Source of the DNA: Candidatus Heimdallarchaeota archaeon
GTDB lineage: Archaea > Asgardarchaeota > Heimdallarchaeia > Heimdallarchaeales > Heimdallarchaeaceae
Assembly: GCA_018238545.1 (NCBI GenBank)
Contig: JABCTC010000012.1
Location: 26,470-90,469 of the forward strand
Direction of reading: 5' to 3'
Length of the DNA stretch: 64,000 nucleotides
Both the position numbers and the translations under genes were made by a program. Positions 1 through 12,706 of the stretch are shown one piece after another (position 1 is the stretch's first letter; each line of letters begins with the position of its first letter). The notes under the pieces were generated by a model. That model was not told the DNA's origin, did no database searches, and saw nothing but the letters and a program-made list of their open reading frames with translations.

Positions 1-1
1 A

Positions 2-503
2 TGGTCAGCAGATAGTTTTACACATAAAGAGGATCTTGATAATATAGTCTATATTCAGAAAGTCAAAGAACTAGAAAATGGAATTAATGTAACTAATGTC
101 AGAAATTTCGATTCAAGTAAAGATTTGGATAAATGGCTATCAATTGTTAAAAAACTTGATAATCGAACTGATGAGCAATTAGAACGAATCAAAGGTGAAA
201 TTAAAGATGAAAATGTCATTGCTCATCTAGTTATCGAAGATAATGATGAAATTGTTGGGACAGTATTAGTTTTCAGAAATCCTATCAAGAAGGAATCTGC
301 TAATCTTGCCGCCCCCCTATGCTACGGAAGAGAAATATTTCAATCAGTTACTTGCTAAAGCTTCTACCATAGCTTTGGAAAATGGTGTAGAGGAATTTAT
401 AATTTGGCTCTTTGGTGAAAGGTTATCTTTGAAGGATTATGTTGAAGCTGCTTCCTTTAAATTTGGTAAACCTGCATTCTCTCGTTATGAGCTAGATCTC
501 TAA
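2..503 (+). pseudogene. 3' part of a GNAT-like N-acetyltransferase gene, split by a +1 frameshift (5' end lies outside the window)
   Basis: Frame 2 is open from base 2 (WSADSFTHK...VRNFDSSKDLDKW...HLVIEDNDEIVGTVLV). Removing one C from the C6 run at 312-317 joins it to the 306..503 frame (...LAAPYATEEKYFNQLLAKASTIALENGVEEFIIWL), giving a GNAT-like secondary-structure pattern. Confidence 0.55.
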
Positions 504-801
504 TACTACTATCATACTAGCATCGCTTGAAAGCACTTCATTTGATTAAAACCAAGGGATATATGGGAGGGAGTTTAAGATTATTTTTCCTTAAATTTTC
601 AACCATTTTTTCAGTGTGTATTCCTTCACACAAGCACCATAATAAGTGTAACAATGTAGGGTTATTCGAGACACTAAGTAGTTAGTGGCTAGAAAGAACT
701 TCATTTAATATCTTAGAGTAGATTGGACGTAAGTTCAATCGCCCTAAACACCAAGTGTCACTTTTTAGAACTTTTTGACTCTAAAAATCTGTGAAGAAAG
801 C

Positions 802-2418
802 TTACTCCTCTTCTCCTTCTTCTTTCACTTCTTCGCTTTCCTCATCCTTATCTTCGTCTCCCTTTCCCTTATCTTTGTCGATTAACTTCTGATAATCCTT
901 TATTTTTCCTTCTTCACTAGTCTCCTCTAAAACAAGTACATATTCTATACATCCTCTTGCTCTCTCTCTACGTTGGATCATATCGTCTATATTAGTGGTA
1001 ATGTCAAGGTGGATGACAACATCAGCTGCCTCTAAATTTAGTCCTCTCCCCCCTAAAGGAGTAAAAATTAAAACATTAACATTACCTTCGTCAAAATTCT
1101 TCAGAACAATTCTTCTAGTGTCTTCAGTTGTTTTGCCTGACAAATACTTAACTTCAGGAAAACCGAGATTATTGAGGAGCCTATTAAGATAACTTCCTAA
1201 TGCTAGATAACGAGTGAAAAGTAGAACTTGTGCTCCTCTGAATAAATGCTCATGAATGATGTCTATCGCCGTATAGACTTTTGGTTGTACCAGAGCTCGT
1301 GTTACTTTCTCTTCAGGATTTTCGTATTTAGGCAAATCAACTCTGTAAGTTATGAGTTCCTTACTTGGTTCATGAATACTTCTAAAAATCTCCTTGTTTT
1401 CTTCCAATTCTATATATTTCAGGAATTCTCCTGGTGTAGATTCTAACAATAATAATCTAGCGTGACTTAGTTTGAATAATCTTCTAAAAGCAAGTATTAG
1501 TTTAGTCTTAGCTTCTTCATCCTTTACTTGATATTTATTTAATCTTGCTGGGAAATTCTTTAACCTTTCAAGACGTTCCAAAACTCCACTATATGAAAGT
1601 TTGATGATTTCTAAACGTGATAGGTTTGCATCCAGATGTTTTTGAATAATCTCTATTGGTTTGGTTAACTGTATTGATATTTGCTTATCTATTTTTATAT
1701 AATCTTCCCTTCTGATCTTATGAATTTTAGTGACAGTTTCATAGGGTGATAGATCAAGCCTCTGCATCAAAGCTGTATTCTTCCCCAATAATTTGAGAAC
1801 GGCTTTAGCACGTTGCCCGTCTCTTGTTCCGGTCATCGCCAATATGGGAAAAGCAAACCCCTTTTCTCTGAATTTAAATAATCCGTCAAAATACTTACTT
1901 AGACGAAATCCTGCCATATCTCTTGCCAAAACATCAGTTGCTTCATCTATAACACACATAGTAATATTTTCCAAGATATTGACTCTTAGTTTAGTTTTCA
2001 TCTCATAATAGTCATTCATTAATGATGTAATTGGCGCAAAAATAGCTGTTGAAGCTTCATACATCTTACTTTTTTGTCTTAAGCTGATACCTTTACCGCT
2101 GGGATCATAGAAATAGCCTAGCTTATCAATAAACCCAAACTTCTTCCCCATCTCTAGTGCTTGACGGCATCTGAGTCCTGCTGCCTCTCTTGCAGAAGTG
2201 AATAGAAACTTTGCATTAGGGTTATTTTGTCTGATTGCAAGAAATGATAGCAATGCAATGATTGTCTTTCCTGTACCATAGGGGTAATTTAGAAGAATAG
2301 AACCTTCAGAGAGTTTCTCCAGAATCTCGCTGACAGCACTTAACTGGTAATCTCTGTGTTCAATTGTTAATCCTTCCAAACTTTCTACAAAATCTGTTGG
2401 TAACTCCATTTCAGCCAA
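802..2418 (-). CDS. Superfamily-2 DExD/H-like helicase, Hef/FANCM(Mph1)-like, no nuclease domain
   Basis: Q motif RDYQ, Walker A YPYGTGKT, motif II VIDEAT, III MTGT, V GGRGLNL, VI QRRERARG; helical insert between the RecA domains; acidic C-terminal tail. Confidence 0.75.
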   Translation of the reverse strand: MAEMELPTDFVESLEGLTIEHRDYQLSAVSEILEKLSEGSILLNYPYGTGKTIIALLSFLAIRQNNPNAKFLFTSAREAAGLRCRQALEMGKKFGFIDKLGYFYDPSGKGISLRQKSKMYEASTAIFAPITSLMNDYYEMKTKLRVNILENITMCVIDEATDVLARDMAGFRLSKYFDGLFKFREKGFAFPILAMTGTRDGQRAKAVLKLLGKNTALMQRLDLSPYETVTKIHKIRREDYIKIDKQISIQLTKPIEIIQKHLDANLSRLEIIKLSYSGVLERLERLKNFPARLNKYQVKDEEAKTKLILAFRRLFKLSHARLLLLESTPGEFLKYIELEENKEIFRSIHEPSKELITYRVDLPKYENPEEKVTRALVQPKVYTAIDIIHEHLFRGAQVLLFTRYLALGSYLNRLLNNLGFPEVKYLSGKTTEDTRRIVLKNFDEGNVNVLIFTPLGGRGLNLEAADVVIHLDITTNIDDMIQRRERARGCIEYVLVLEETSEEGKIKDYQKLIDKDKGKGDEDKDEESEEVKEEGEEE

Positions 2419-2534
2419 TCAACCCTTTCTTATATCTCCAAACAAGTTCATATTTTTAAACATTGTACTTCTTTCGGATTTCGCTATTAACAATTAACAG
2501 AATGAGTATTACACATCATAAAATCTAATAGAGT

Positions 2535-3203
2535 TTAAACTTCGTAACACAACCCAAAATCGTAAAATATTTCTCTTAAAAGCAGGAGATCTAATCCATA
2601 CTCTAGAGAAAGTTCGATTACTTTGAAGCCTTCTAATCGTTTCCTTATAAGATCAGCTATATTTTCAATAGTTTTTGTCTTGTATCTAACAGCTGTTACA
2701 TTGACTCCAGAATTCCTGATATGTTTGTTAAGTTGTTTTGGTGTGATACCAAGAAAGATTGAGATTGATTCATTGTCATAACCCTTGTTCTTCATTTGAA
2801 TATATCTGGCAATAAGAATGGTGTCTCTGTCCTTTTTCTTTAACAATAAACCCTTTTCTTCTAGCACTTTGCGAACAGTATAATCGGTTAGCTCTAAAGC
2901 CTCAGCAATTTCCTTTTTATCTTTACCTTTATTGAAAAGTTCAACGACTTCTTCATGTTTAAGCTTGTGATAATCAGCTATAGTTCTTGTTTCAATTTGG
3001 TTTTTCTTTAAAACCTTGGAGACTGTGTGCCTGTTTAACTCTAATTCTTCAGCAATCTGATAAGTTGATTTTCCTCCGTCATATAATTCTACAATCGAAA
3101 TATCCCTTACTGACATTTCATGGTTTACAGAGAATCCTGAACCTACATCTTCTGAAGAATTATACATTTCAGTTTGTTCATCTCTGTTAGTCATCAGTAT
3201 CAC
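2535..3203 (-). CDS. Multi-HTH DNA-binding protein
   Basis: Repeated HTH-like units: STYQIAEELELNRHTVSKVL, KKEIAEALELTDYTVRKVL, NESISIFLGITPKQLNKHI. Confidence 0.7.
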   Translation of the reverse strand: MILMTNRDEQTEMYNSSEDVGSGFSVNHEMSVRDISIVELYDGGKSTYQIAEELELNRHTVSKVLKKNQIETRTIADYHKLKHEEVVELFNKGKDKKEIAEALELTDYTVRKVLEEKGLLLKKKDRDTILIARYIQMKNKGYDNESISIFLGITPKQLNKHIRNSGVNVTAVRYKTKTIENIADLIRKRLEGFKVIELSLEYGLDLLLLREIFYDFGLCYEV

Positions 3204-3389
3204 TTTTGCTGCTCGTTTCCACTATGAATAAATTCCTTCTTAAAAGAAAATTGTCATCATCTTTAAAATATCTTTCTAATCAATTTCGATTATTGGAATA
3301 GATTTTCAAGAAGAATGGAGCTTCCTTTCTTCTAATTATGGTTATGTTTTAAGTTCTTATAAGTTTGGAGCAAACTATTTAAACAATAA

Positions 3390-4862
3390 TTGATTGAGTA
3401 TTTTATGTCATTTAAAAGCAAATTTAGAGACGCACAAGACGGTAAACGTTTTTCGTATCTATTCACAGCGATTATCGGCTTGGGTTTTTTCACAACAGCT
3501 ATAACATGGGTGATATATAATGTATATATCCCAACTTACCTTAAGAGCTACTTAAGAGAAGTGTGGGGAACAGTACCTCTTGAAACCTTTATCATTGGTT
3601 CAATAATGGTTCTAGATAATGTAATAGCGGTACTAATCCAACCTTGGATTGGAAATATCAGCGATAAAACTTGGAAAAGATATGGTCCTAACAAAAAAGG
3701 TCGTAGAATGCCTTTCATAATAATAGGAGTGCCATTAGCAGCTGTATTCTTCGTTTTAGTAGGTATATTTGGCTATGATTTATTTTCAGCTAGCTCAGAT
3801 TCCTTTTTCTTAGGTTTTATACTTCTTCTCCTTGTTATAGGAGGTTTTAATATCAGCATGGCTCTCTACAGATCTCCTGTAGTTTCTTTAATGCCAGATA
3901 TAATACCAAAAGAGTTTCGAAGTCGAGGAAATGGTTTTATTAACCTACTTGGAGGTATTGGTGCTTTAGTAGGCTTGTTTGCATTTCCGATGATAGAAAA
4001 GATTAACACATTTTGGGCATACATTTTTGTCTCAGCTATCTTGATTATTTGTCTTATAATTTTATACTTCACTATTAAAGAACCTGAAGTACTGAAAGAC
4101 GTTGAGAAGAAAGAGAAAGTAAAAGTTATTCCAACACTTAGAGAAATTTTCAAGCGAGAAGATAAGAGTCTAGTATTTATTCTATTCGCAATTTTCGCTT
4201 GGTTCTTTGGATACAATGTAGTTGAAACATTCTTCTCTAATTATGGAGAAGATGTTCTTCTGATGGCTAAAGGTGATATCAGTATGATATTTGGTGTAAT
4301 GGCCTTAACCTTTATTATTTTTGCTTTTCCAGCAGGATTGATTGCCAAGAAGATAGGTAGAAAACAATGTATCTTAGCAGGTCTTGGAATATTTGTAGTG
4401 TTTCTAGGCATTGCAACCGTTTTCTCTTTAGCTAATTTTCCAGCTTTGGCTGTTAGAACAATCTTTATTGGTATGGACATACCCTACTTGGCACTTTTGT
4501 ATGCGGGTTGCTTCTTCTTTATGGGTATTGGCTGGGCACTCATTAATATCAATAGCATCGTAATTGTATGGGAATTATCCGGAAAAGATAAAATTGGTAT
4601 GGGAACAGGGATTTATTACTTCTTCTCAGCAGCTGCAGCTATTACCGGACCAGTAATTATTGGTGGAATATTAGATCTAATAAACTTTGGATTGGATCTT
4701 GGAGAAGGTGAGCAATACAAATATCTTTTCCTTTTTGCTGTAATTTTCTTCTTAATCGCAGGGATTTTAACATTCTTTGTTAAGGAAACTGGTGTTGAAG
4801 GAGAATCAGGAGATCTTCCACCCGAAGGAAAACCTGAAAAAATTGAACCCATAGCAGAGTAA
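3390..4862 (+). CDS. MFS transporter (GPH/SLC45-like sugar symporter)
   Basis: About 12 TM segments; QPWIGNISD...GRRMPF and PAGLIAKKIGRK MFS loop motifs. The start is probably the ATG at 3405. Confidence 0.85.
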   Translation: MIEYFMSFKSKFRDAQDGKRFSYLFTAIIGLGFFTTAITWVIYNVYIPTYLKSYLREVWGTVPLETFIIGSIMVLDNVIAVLIQPWIGNISDKTWKRYGPNKKGRRMPFIIIGVPLAAVFFVLVGIFGYDLFSASSDSFFLGFILLLLVIGGFNISMALYRSPVVSLMPDIIPKEFRSRGNGFINLLGGIGALVGLFAFPMIEKINTFWAYIFVSAILIICLIILYFTIKEPEVLKDVEKKEKVKVIPTLREIFKREDKSLVFILFAIFAWFFGYNVVETFFSNYGEDVLLMAKGDISMIFGVMALTFIIFAFPAGLIAKKIGRKQCILAGLGIFVVFLGIATVFSLANFPALAVRTIFIGMDIPYLALLYAGCFFFMGIGWALININSIVIVWELSGKDKIGMGTGIYYFFSAAAAITGPVIIGGILDLINFGLDLGEGEQYKYLFLFAVIFFLIAGILTFFVKETGVEGESGDLPPEGKPEKIEPIAE

Positions 4863-4869
4863 GTTCACT

Positions 4870-4903
4870 CCTCTTTTTTCCCTTTTTCCCTTTTTCTCTT
4901 TTT
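4870..4903 (+). terminator. Archaeal oligo-T (pyrimidine-rich) terminator
   Basis: Several T-runs (ctcttttttccctttttccctttttctctttttc) directly after the MFS stop codon. Confidence 0.5.
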
Positions 4904-4961
4904 CTGCTTCTACAACATCTTTAAATTGTTGGTTATACATTTTACAACATAGATACGATTA

Positions 4962-7955
4962 TTGGTGAGTTTCTTGACAACCTTTACAGATGATGAGAGC
5001 TTCTTCATGGAATATAAACCTAAATTCAAGGTTTTTCATGAATTAATGGCTGTAAGAATGAGTAATGTTTTACTCGTTTCCAGTATTTACGATAGTTTTA
5101 TGCTTGAAGAGGATGGTCGCCTCTCTGATCAAATTTATGAGGAATTTCACAATCTTAACCTACGTACTTTACCTAGGATAACAAGAGTTTCCTCTGCAAA
5201 AGAAGCTTTAGCCCTCTTACATGAAAGGTCTTTTGATTTGGTTATAACTATGCGAAGACTTGGTGATATGGATGTGTTTTCTTTTGGAAGAAGTGTAAAG
5301 GAAATCAAAGATATACCTGTAGTTTTGCTCTTAAATAGCGTTGTTGAAATTAAATATATCCCGGAAATTTCCAAACGTGAAGGGATTGATCGCACTTTTG
5401 TTTGGAATGGTGATTCTAAAATATTTGTTGCAATTATTAAACATCTTGAAGATAAGATAAATGCTGAATACGATACGAAAGCTGGCAAAGTTAAAGTTTT
5501 CATATTTGTCGAAGATTCAATTCGTTCCTATTCCTTACTTCTACCTGAAATGTATGGTGAAATTATGCGTCAAACGCATCATCTGATTACAGAGGGTACC
5601 AACGACTTTCAAGATTTACTAAAAATGAGAATCAGACCCAAGATTCTTCTTGCTGAGACTTATGAGGAGGCAATGAAACTCTACATGAAGTATAAACGTA
5701 GCACATTAGGTATCGTTAGTGATATTGAATTCCCACGCAATAATATTTTAGACAAAACTGCTGGTTTTTCATTTGCTAAGAAGGTTAAAGAAGATTATCC
5801 TAACATGCCAATGATTTTACAATCATCGAAGGAAAAACATCGAGAAAGGGCAAATAAAAAAGGCATTTTCTTTCTATATAAGAGGTCACATACCATGCTT
5901 TCGGATTTGCGAAAATGGTTGCTTGATAGGGTAGGTTTCGGTGACTTCGTTTTTCGAGATGCCAGCGGTAATGAGATAGGAAGAGCAAGTGATATAATCA
6001 ACTTTTACAAAGAAATTGAGCAAGTCCCATTTGAATCTCTTGCTTATCATGGTCAGAGTGATTATTTCTCAAATTGGTTGAGTGCGAGAGGAGAATTTGA
6101 GATAGCTGAGAAATTACGTCCACGAAAGGTTTCTGAATTCGAAGGAGAAGAACTTAGGGAGTTCTTGCTTTCTACTATAAAAGAAGTAGTGATTGAGAAA
6201 ACAAGAGGGATTGTTAATGATTTCAATAGAGAAAATTACCATTCAGAAATTTTATTTTTAAGACTACGTCCTGGCTCCCTTGGTGGTAAAGGAAGAGGTT
6301 TAGCTTTTCTTATGTTCCTGATTAATTCTCTGTTGTTCCAAAAAGAATTTAAAAATATTTCAATTGAAATCCCTCAGACTATTGTAATTGGAACTGACGA
6401 ATACGACCGTTTTATGGAAGATAACAATCTTCTCAATTTTGCATTGTCTGGTGTATCAGATCAGCAGATAAAAGAGAAATTCGCAAAATCAAAACTCTCT
6501 AAGAGTATTAAATCTGACCTGAAATTTCTTTTGAAGGATATCGATGGACCTATTGCAGTAAGGTCTTCAAGCTTATTGGAAGATTCTGCTTTCCAACCCT
6601 TTGCAGGAATCTTCAATACATATATGATTCCTAATAATTCTAGTAGTGAAAATGAAAGATTGAATCAATTATGTACTGCTATCAAATTAGTATATGCTTC
6701 TCAGTTTTTATCTCTAGCTATGTCTTATGCAGAGACAATTAATCAGACAATTGAAGAATCAAAAATGGCTGTCGTTATCCAGCAAGTAGTAGGAAAAGAG
6801 CACAACAACCGGTTATATCCCGATTTTTCAGGTACTGCTTCTTCCTATAATTATTACCCATTTGGTGAATATATGCGACCTGAAGACAGAATAGCTCATG
6901 TCGCATTGGGTCTTGGAAAAACAATTGTTGATGGTGAATCTGCCTTAAGATTCTGCCCTAAATATCCTGAGATGAATTTTTATTCAACTCCAGAAATTCT
7001 CCTTAAACAGAGTCAAAGATATTACTATGCAGTAGACTTGATAAGAGAAAAATTTGATATTCTAGACGATGCTCCTTATCTTGTTAGACTTAATCTATCT
7101 GATGCAATAGATGATGGAACCCTAATCAAAATCGCAGATACCTATGATTTCAATTCAGAGACGTTGAATTCAGGCTTTTTCGGGGAAGGTTCTCCCGTAA
7201 TCACTTTCAATAATCAACTAAAATTTGAGACATTTCCTTTAGCCAAGCTTATTACTCGATTGTTGTCAGTAGGTGAGAAAGCATTTGGTAGTTCCATAGA
7301 AATTGAATATGCCTGCGATTTTGGCGAAAAAAAAGGTGATAGTGACACATTTTATATTTTACAAATAAGACCATTTTTACATCAAGAACTAATATCAAAA
7401 GAGGATTTTGAATCGGTGGAGTTGAAAAAGGTACTCGCATATTCCACTCATGTCTCTGGGAACCTAATAGTGAAAGACATAAAAGACATTATCTATGTTA
7501 AACCTGAAACTTTTGACAAAACAGCTACGCTTGAGATTGTTGAGGAAATTGACAAGTTAAATGCCAAAATGTTAGAAGAAAAACGTCCATATCTATTAAT
7601 GGGATTTGGTCGTTGGGGAACTGCTGATCGTTTTCTAGGGATTCCTGCGAAATGGAATAATATCAGTGGAGCAAAAACTATCATTGAAGCTACAACAGAT
7701 GATTTCACAGTAGATTTTTCTCAAGGAAGTCACTTCTTCCATAATCTTGTTACAGCAAATATAGGCTATTTACACATCAAACACAATTCAGAACAGCACA
7801 AGATTGATTGGGATTGGTTAGCTAGTAAAAAGAGCGTTAACGATTTAGAATATGTTCGTCACGTCAGAACTAAAAAACCATTGACGATTGCCATCGATGC
7901 CCAAAGGGGAGAAGGAATGATAATTAAACCTAATAAACAAAATAAAAAAAGATAA
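4962..7955 (+). CDS. Receiver-like domains fused to a PPDK/PEP-synthase ATP-grasp domain and phospho-His swivel (GDH-associated PEP/pyruvate-binding-domain family)
   Basis: Receiver-like N-terminus (FDLVIT, IFVED, IVSDIEFP); GSLGGKGRGL, AVRSSSLLED, FAGIF, MAVVIQ, GLGKTIV, FYILQIRP; C-terminal SQGSHFFHNL. Confidence 0.8.
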   Translation: MVSFLTTFTDDESFFMEYKPKFKVFHELMAVRMSNVLLVSSIYDSFMLEEDGRLSDQIYEEFHNLNLRTLPRITRVSSAKEALALLHERSFDLVITMRRLGDMDVFSFGRSVKEIKDIPVVLLLNSVVEIKYIPEISKREGIDRTFVWNGDSKIFVAIIKHLEDKINAEYDTKAGKVKVFIFVEDSIRSYSLLLPEMYGEIMRQTHHLITEGTNDFQDLLKMRIRPKILLAETYEEAMKLYMKYKRSTLGIVSDIEFPRNNILDKTAGFSFAKKVKEDYPNMPMILQSSKEKHRERANKKGIFFLYKRSHTMLSDLRKWLLDRVGFGDFVFRDASGNEIGRASDIINFYKEIEQVPFESLAYHGQSDYFSNWLSARGEFEIAEKLRPRKVSEFEGEELREFLLSTIKEVVIEKTRGIVNDFNRENYHSEILFLRLRPGSLGGKGRGLAFLMFLINSLLFQKEFKNISIEIPQTIVIGTDEYDRFMEDNNLLNFALSGVSDQQIKEKFAKSKLSKSIKSDLKFLLKDIDGPIAVRSSSLLEDSAFQPFAGIFNTYMIPNNSSSENERLNQLCTAIKLVYASQFLSLAMSYAETINQTIEESKMAVVIQQVVGKEHNNRLYPDFSGTASSYNYYPFGEYMRPEDRIAHVALGLGKTIVDGESALRFCPKYPEMNFYSTPEILLKQSQRYYYAVDLIREKFDILDDAPYLVRLNLSDAIDDGTLIKIADTYDFNSETLNSGFFGEGSPVITFNNQLKFETFPLAKLITRLLSVGEKAFGSSIEIEYACDFGEKKGDSDTFYILQIRPFLHQELISKEDFESVELKKVLAYSTHVSGNLIVKDIKDIIYVKPETFDKTATLEIVEEIDKLNAKMLEEKRPYLLMGFGRWGTADRFLGIPAKWNNISGAKTIIEATTDDFTVDFSQGSHFFHNLVTANIGYLHIKHNSEQHKIDWDWLASKKSVNDLEYVRHVRTKKPLTIAIDAQRGEGMIIKPNKQNKKR

Positions 7956-7985
7956 GAATTTTCGACATAAAGTCGAAATAATTTT

Positions 7986-10889
<2,904 letters not shown>

Positions 10890-10950
10890 TGTTTTCAAGT
10901 GCAAAAAAAAGAAATAGAAAATCTCCTCTCCTCTAGTTTATTAATTTTGT

Positions 10951-11715
10951 TTAGTGGAATTCTTTTCTGAGAGCTTCTAGAATTCTATAGGAATCTGAGT
11001 AACTATCGTATTCTAGTACTTTCTCAAGCAAATTATTGAGAACAGGTTGAACTCTTACTGTAGCCATAGTAACTTTACTCTTGATTTCGTCAAGTTTCAA
11101 TCCATCAGGGGAGGAAGCAACAATTGACACTATCTCAGCTTCTGGGACATCAAGTAATCCTGCATCCATGAGATAAACAATAAGCTTGTTATCTTCTTTT
11201 GCTTGTGTTAGAATTGTTTGAGATTCGTTAATTTTTTGTTCCATGTCCTCGAGATCTTGTCTAGATTTCACTTCTAGATGGTTGTAAGCCTCTTCTTTGT
11301 TCTTTGCCGAGCTTGAAAGATGTTCTAGTTCTTGTTCCAGCCTGTTCTTTTCATTTTGTTGATTAGATATGCTAGCTTCAAGATCCTGTTTTTTGTTTCT
11401 CTTCTCTATCTCAGTTTCCTCTAACTCTCTTTTTTTACTTCTATTAATCTCAATTTCAGCAGAAACCGTTTCAATTGCTTGATTGGTTTGAATTATTTGT
11501 TGCTCCAAGTCTGCATTAACTTGTTTTAGATCTTCTAGATTCTTTTTGAGTGTATTAACATACTCAGGAATTGCTCTAATGTCCTCTACTACAGATTCTA
11601 ATGTTTGATTAGTGTTTGAAATAACTGAAGTGTTTCGAGAAGTTAATTCTTCTACATCACGTTTGATGTCGCCAATAATTGTTATCATTCTTTCTTCTTC
11701 TGCCATATCATTCAC
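10951..11715 (-). CDS. Long coiled-coil protein with C-terminal winged-helix domain
   Basis: About 175 aa of heptad-rich helix, then PEAEIVSIVASSPDGLKLDEIKSKV...VLEYDSYSDSYRI (wHTH pattern). Confidence 0.7.
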   Translation of the reverse strand: MNDMAEEERMITIIGDIKRDVEELTSRNTSVISNTNQTLESVVEDIRAIPEYVNTLKKNLEDLKQVNADLEQQIIQTNQAIETVSAEIEINRSKKRELEETEIEKRNKKQDLEASISNQQNEKNRLEQELEHLSSSAKNKEEAYNHLEVKSRQDLEDMEQKINESQTILTQAKEDNKLIVYLMDAGLLDVPEAEIVSIVASSPDGLKLDEIKSKVTMATVRVQPVLNNLLEKVLEYDSYSDSYRILEALRKEFH

Positions 11716-12468
11716 CTAAATATCAATCTCCGTTATAACTTGGAATTTTCCTGTATGAGATTCGAAAGTAATTATTTCTCGTTTAGCAAGTTCAACAAGA
11801 ATGTTTCTAATTATCTGTTCAGAAACTCCAGACATCTTCTTAAGATTCTCCTCTGTGTTAATGCCTGGGGTAGTTAAACTGCGGATAACCTGAACTTCAG
11901 GTAAAACCACAATATCCTTCTTGACTAAATACTTCAAAGCTTTTGAACGTGAAATCATCATTGTATATTGACCGTTCAAATCTGCTAATCGGATTTCTTT
12001 GCTTCTAATAGCTTCAGATGTATCGCTAGAAGTTGCTTGACTAAGAACATTTAGTTCTTCTACTTTCCTTTTGAAACCAGACATCTTTTCAGTAAGAGAA
12101 TCTACTTGCATTTTAAGCTCTGTAGAAATTTGCTCCCTTTCCATAATAAGATTCAAGAGCTGCTGGATATCTTTTTGCTTACTTGAAATCTCTGACTGGA
12201 GAACGTCTTTATTATGGGTAAGTTCTTGTAATTTCTGACTAAGTTGATTTAATTCAGTTGTGTTATTGCTTTTCTTCTCTTCTTCTTGAGCAATAACTTG
12301 ATTGAGCTCATCGGCTTGTTTGAAGTAAGCAGATAGAATTCCATTGATTTCACTAATCTTTGTCGCTACCTCGTCTTTCTTGCTTGAAAGAATCTGTTGA
12401 AGCTCATTGAGATTAGTAGTTACACGCTCAACATTATTTTGAGCCGATTCAAGATTTACTCTACTCAT
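11716..12468 (-). CDS. Long coiled-coil protein with C-terminal winged-helix domain (paralogue of the adjacent gene)
   Basis: Coiled coil, then PEVQVIRSLTTPGINTEENLKKMSGVSEQIIRNILVELAKREIITFESHTGKF. Confidence 0.7.
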   Translation of the reverse strand: MSRVNLESAQNNVERVTTNLNELQQILSSKKDEVATKISEINGILSAYFKQADELNQVIAQEEEKKSNNTTELNQLSQKLQELTHNKDVLQSEISSKQKDIQQLLNLIMEREQISTELKMQVDSLTEKMSGFKRKVEELNVLSQATSSDTSEAIRSKEIRLADLNGQYTMMISRSKALKYLVKKDIVVLPEVQVIRSLTTPGINTEENLKKMSGVSEQIIRNILVELAKREIITFESHTGKFQVITEIDI

Positions 12469-12706
12469 GATGTATTCCTCACAAAACCTTAATTCCGTGA
12501 ATAAATAACAACTAATATTCTGAAACTAAATTAATAAACCTTGTTAAAATCCTAGCTGAAAAAAAATGCTTTTTACTAATAAGATTCTTCAAGTAGATTG
12601 GATTTAACAATGCTGAAAATCTTATTTAAAATAGTAAGAATTTTTCAATATCTAAGGAAAGAAAATAAAGAGTGAGAATAAAAATAATAAGAAAAAAAGA
12701 AAAGAA

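Noticed and set aside
564-574. TGGGAGGGAGT also occurs on the minus strand at 16059-16069
   Set aside because: Only 11 nt match and the flanks differ, so chance cannot be excluded.
563-685. 40-codon ORF (MGGSLRLFF...) in the first intergenic gap
   Set aside because: Short, with no recognisable features, and it overlaps the structured element.
10951-12468. Reading the coiled-coil/wH pair as ESCRT-III (CdvB) or SMC
   Set aside because: No Snf7-type basic-to-acidic hairpin organisation or MIM motif, and no Walker motifs or hinge.
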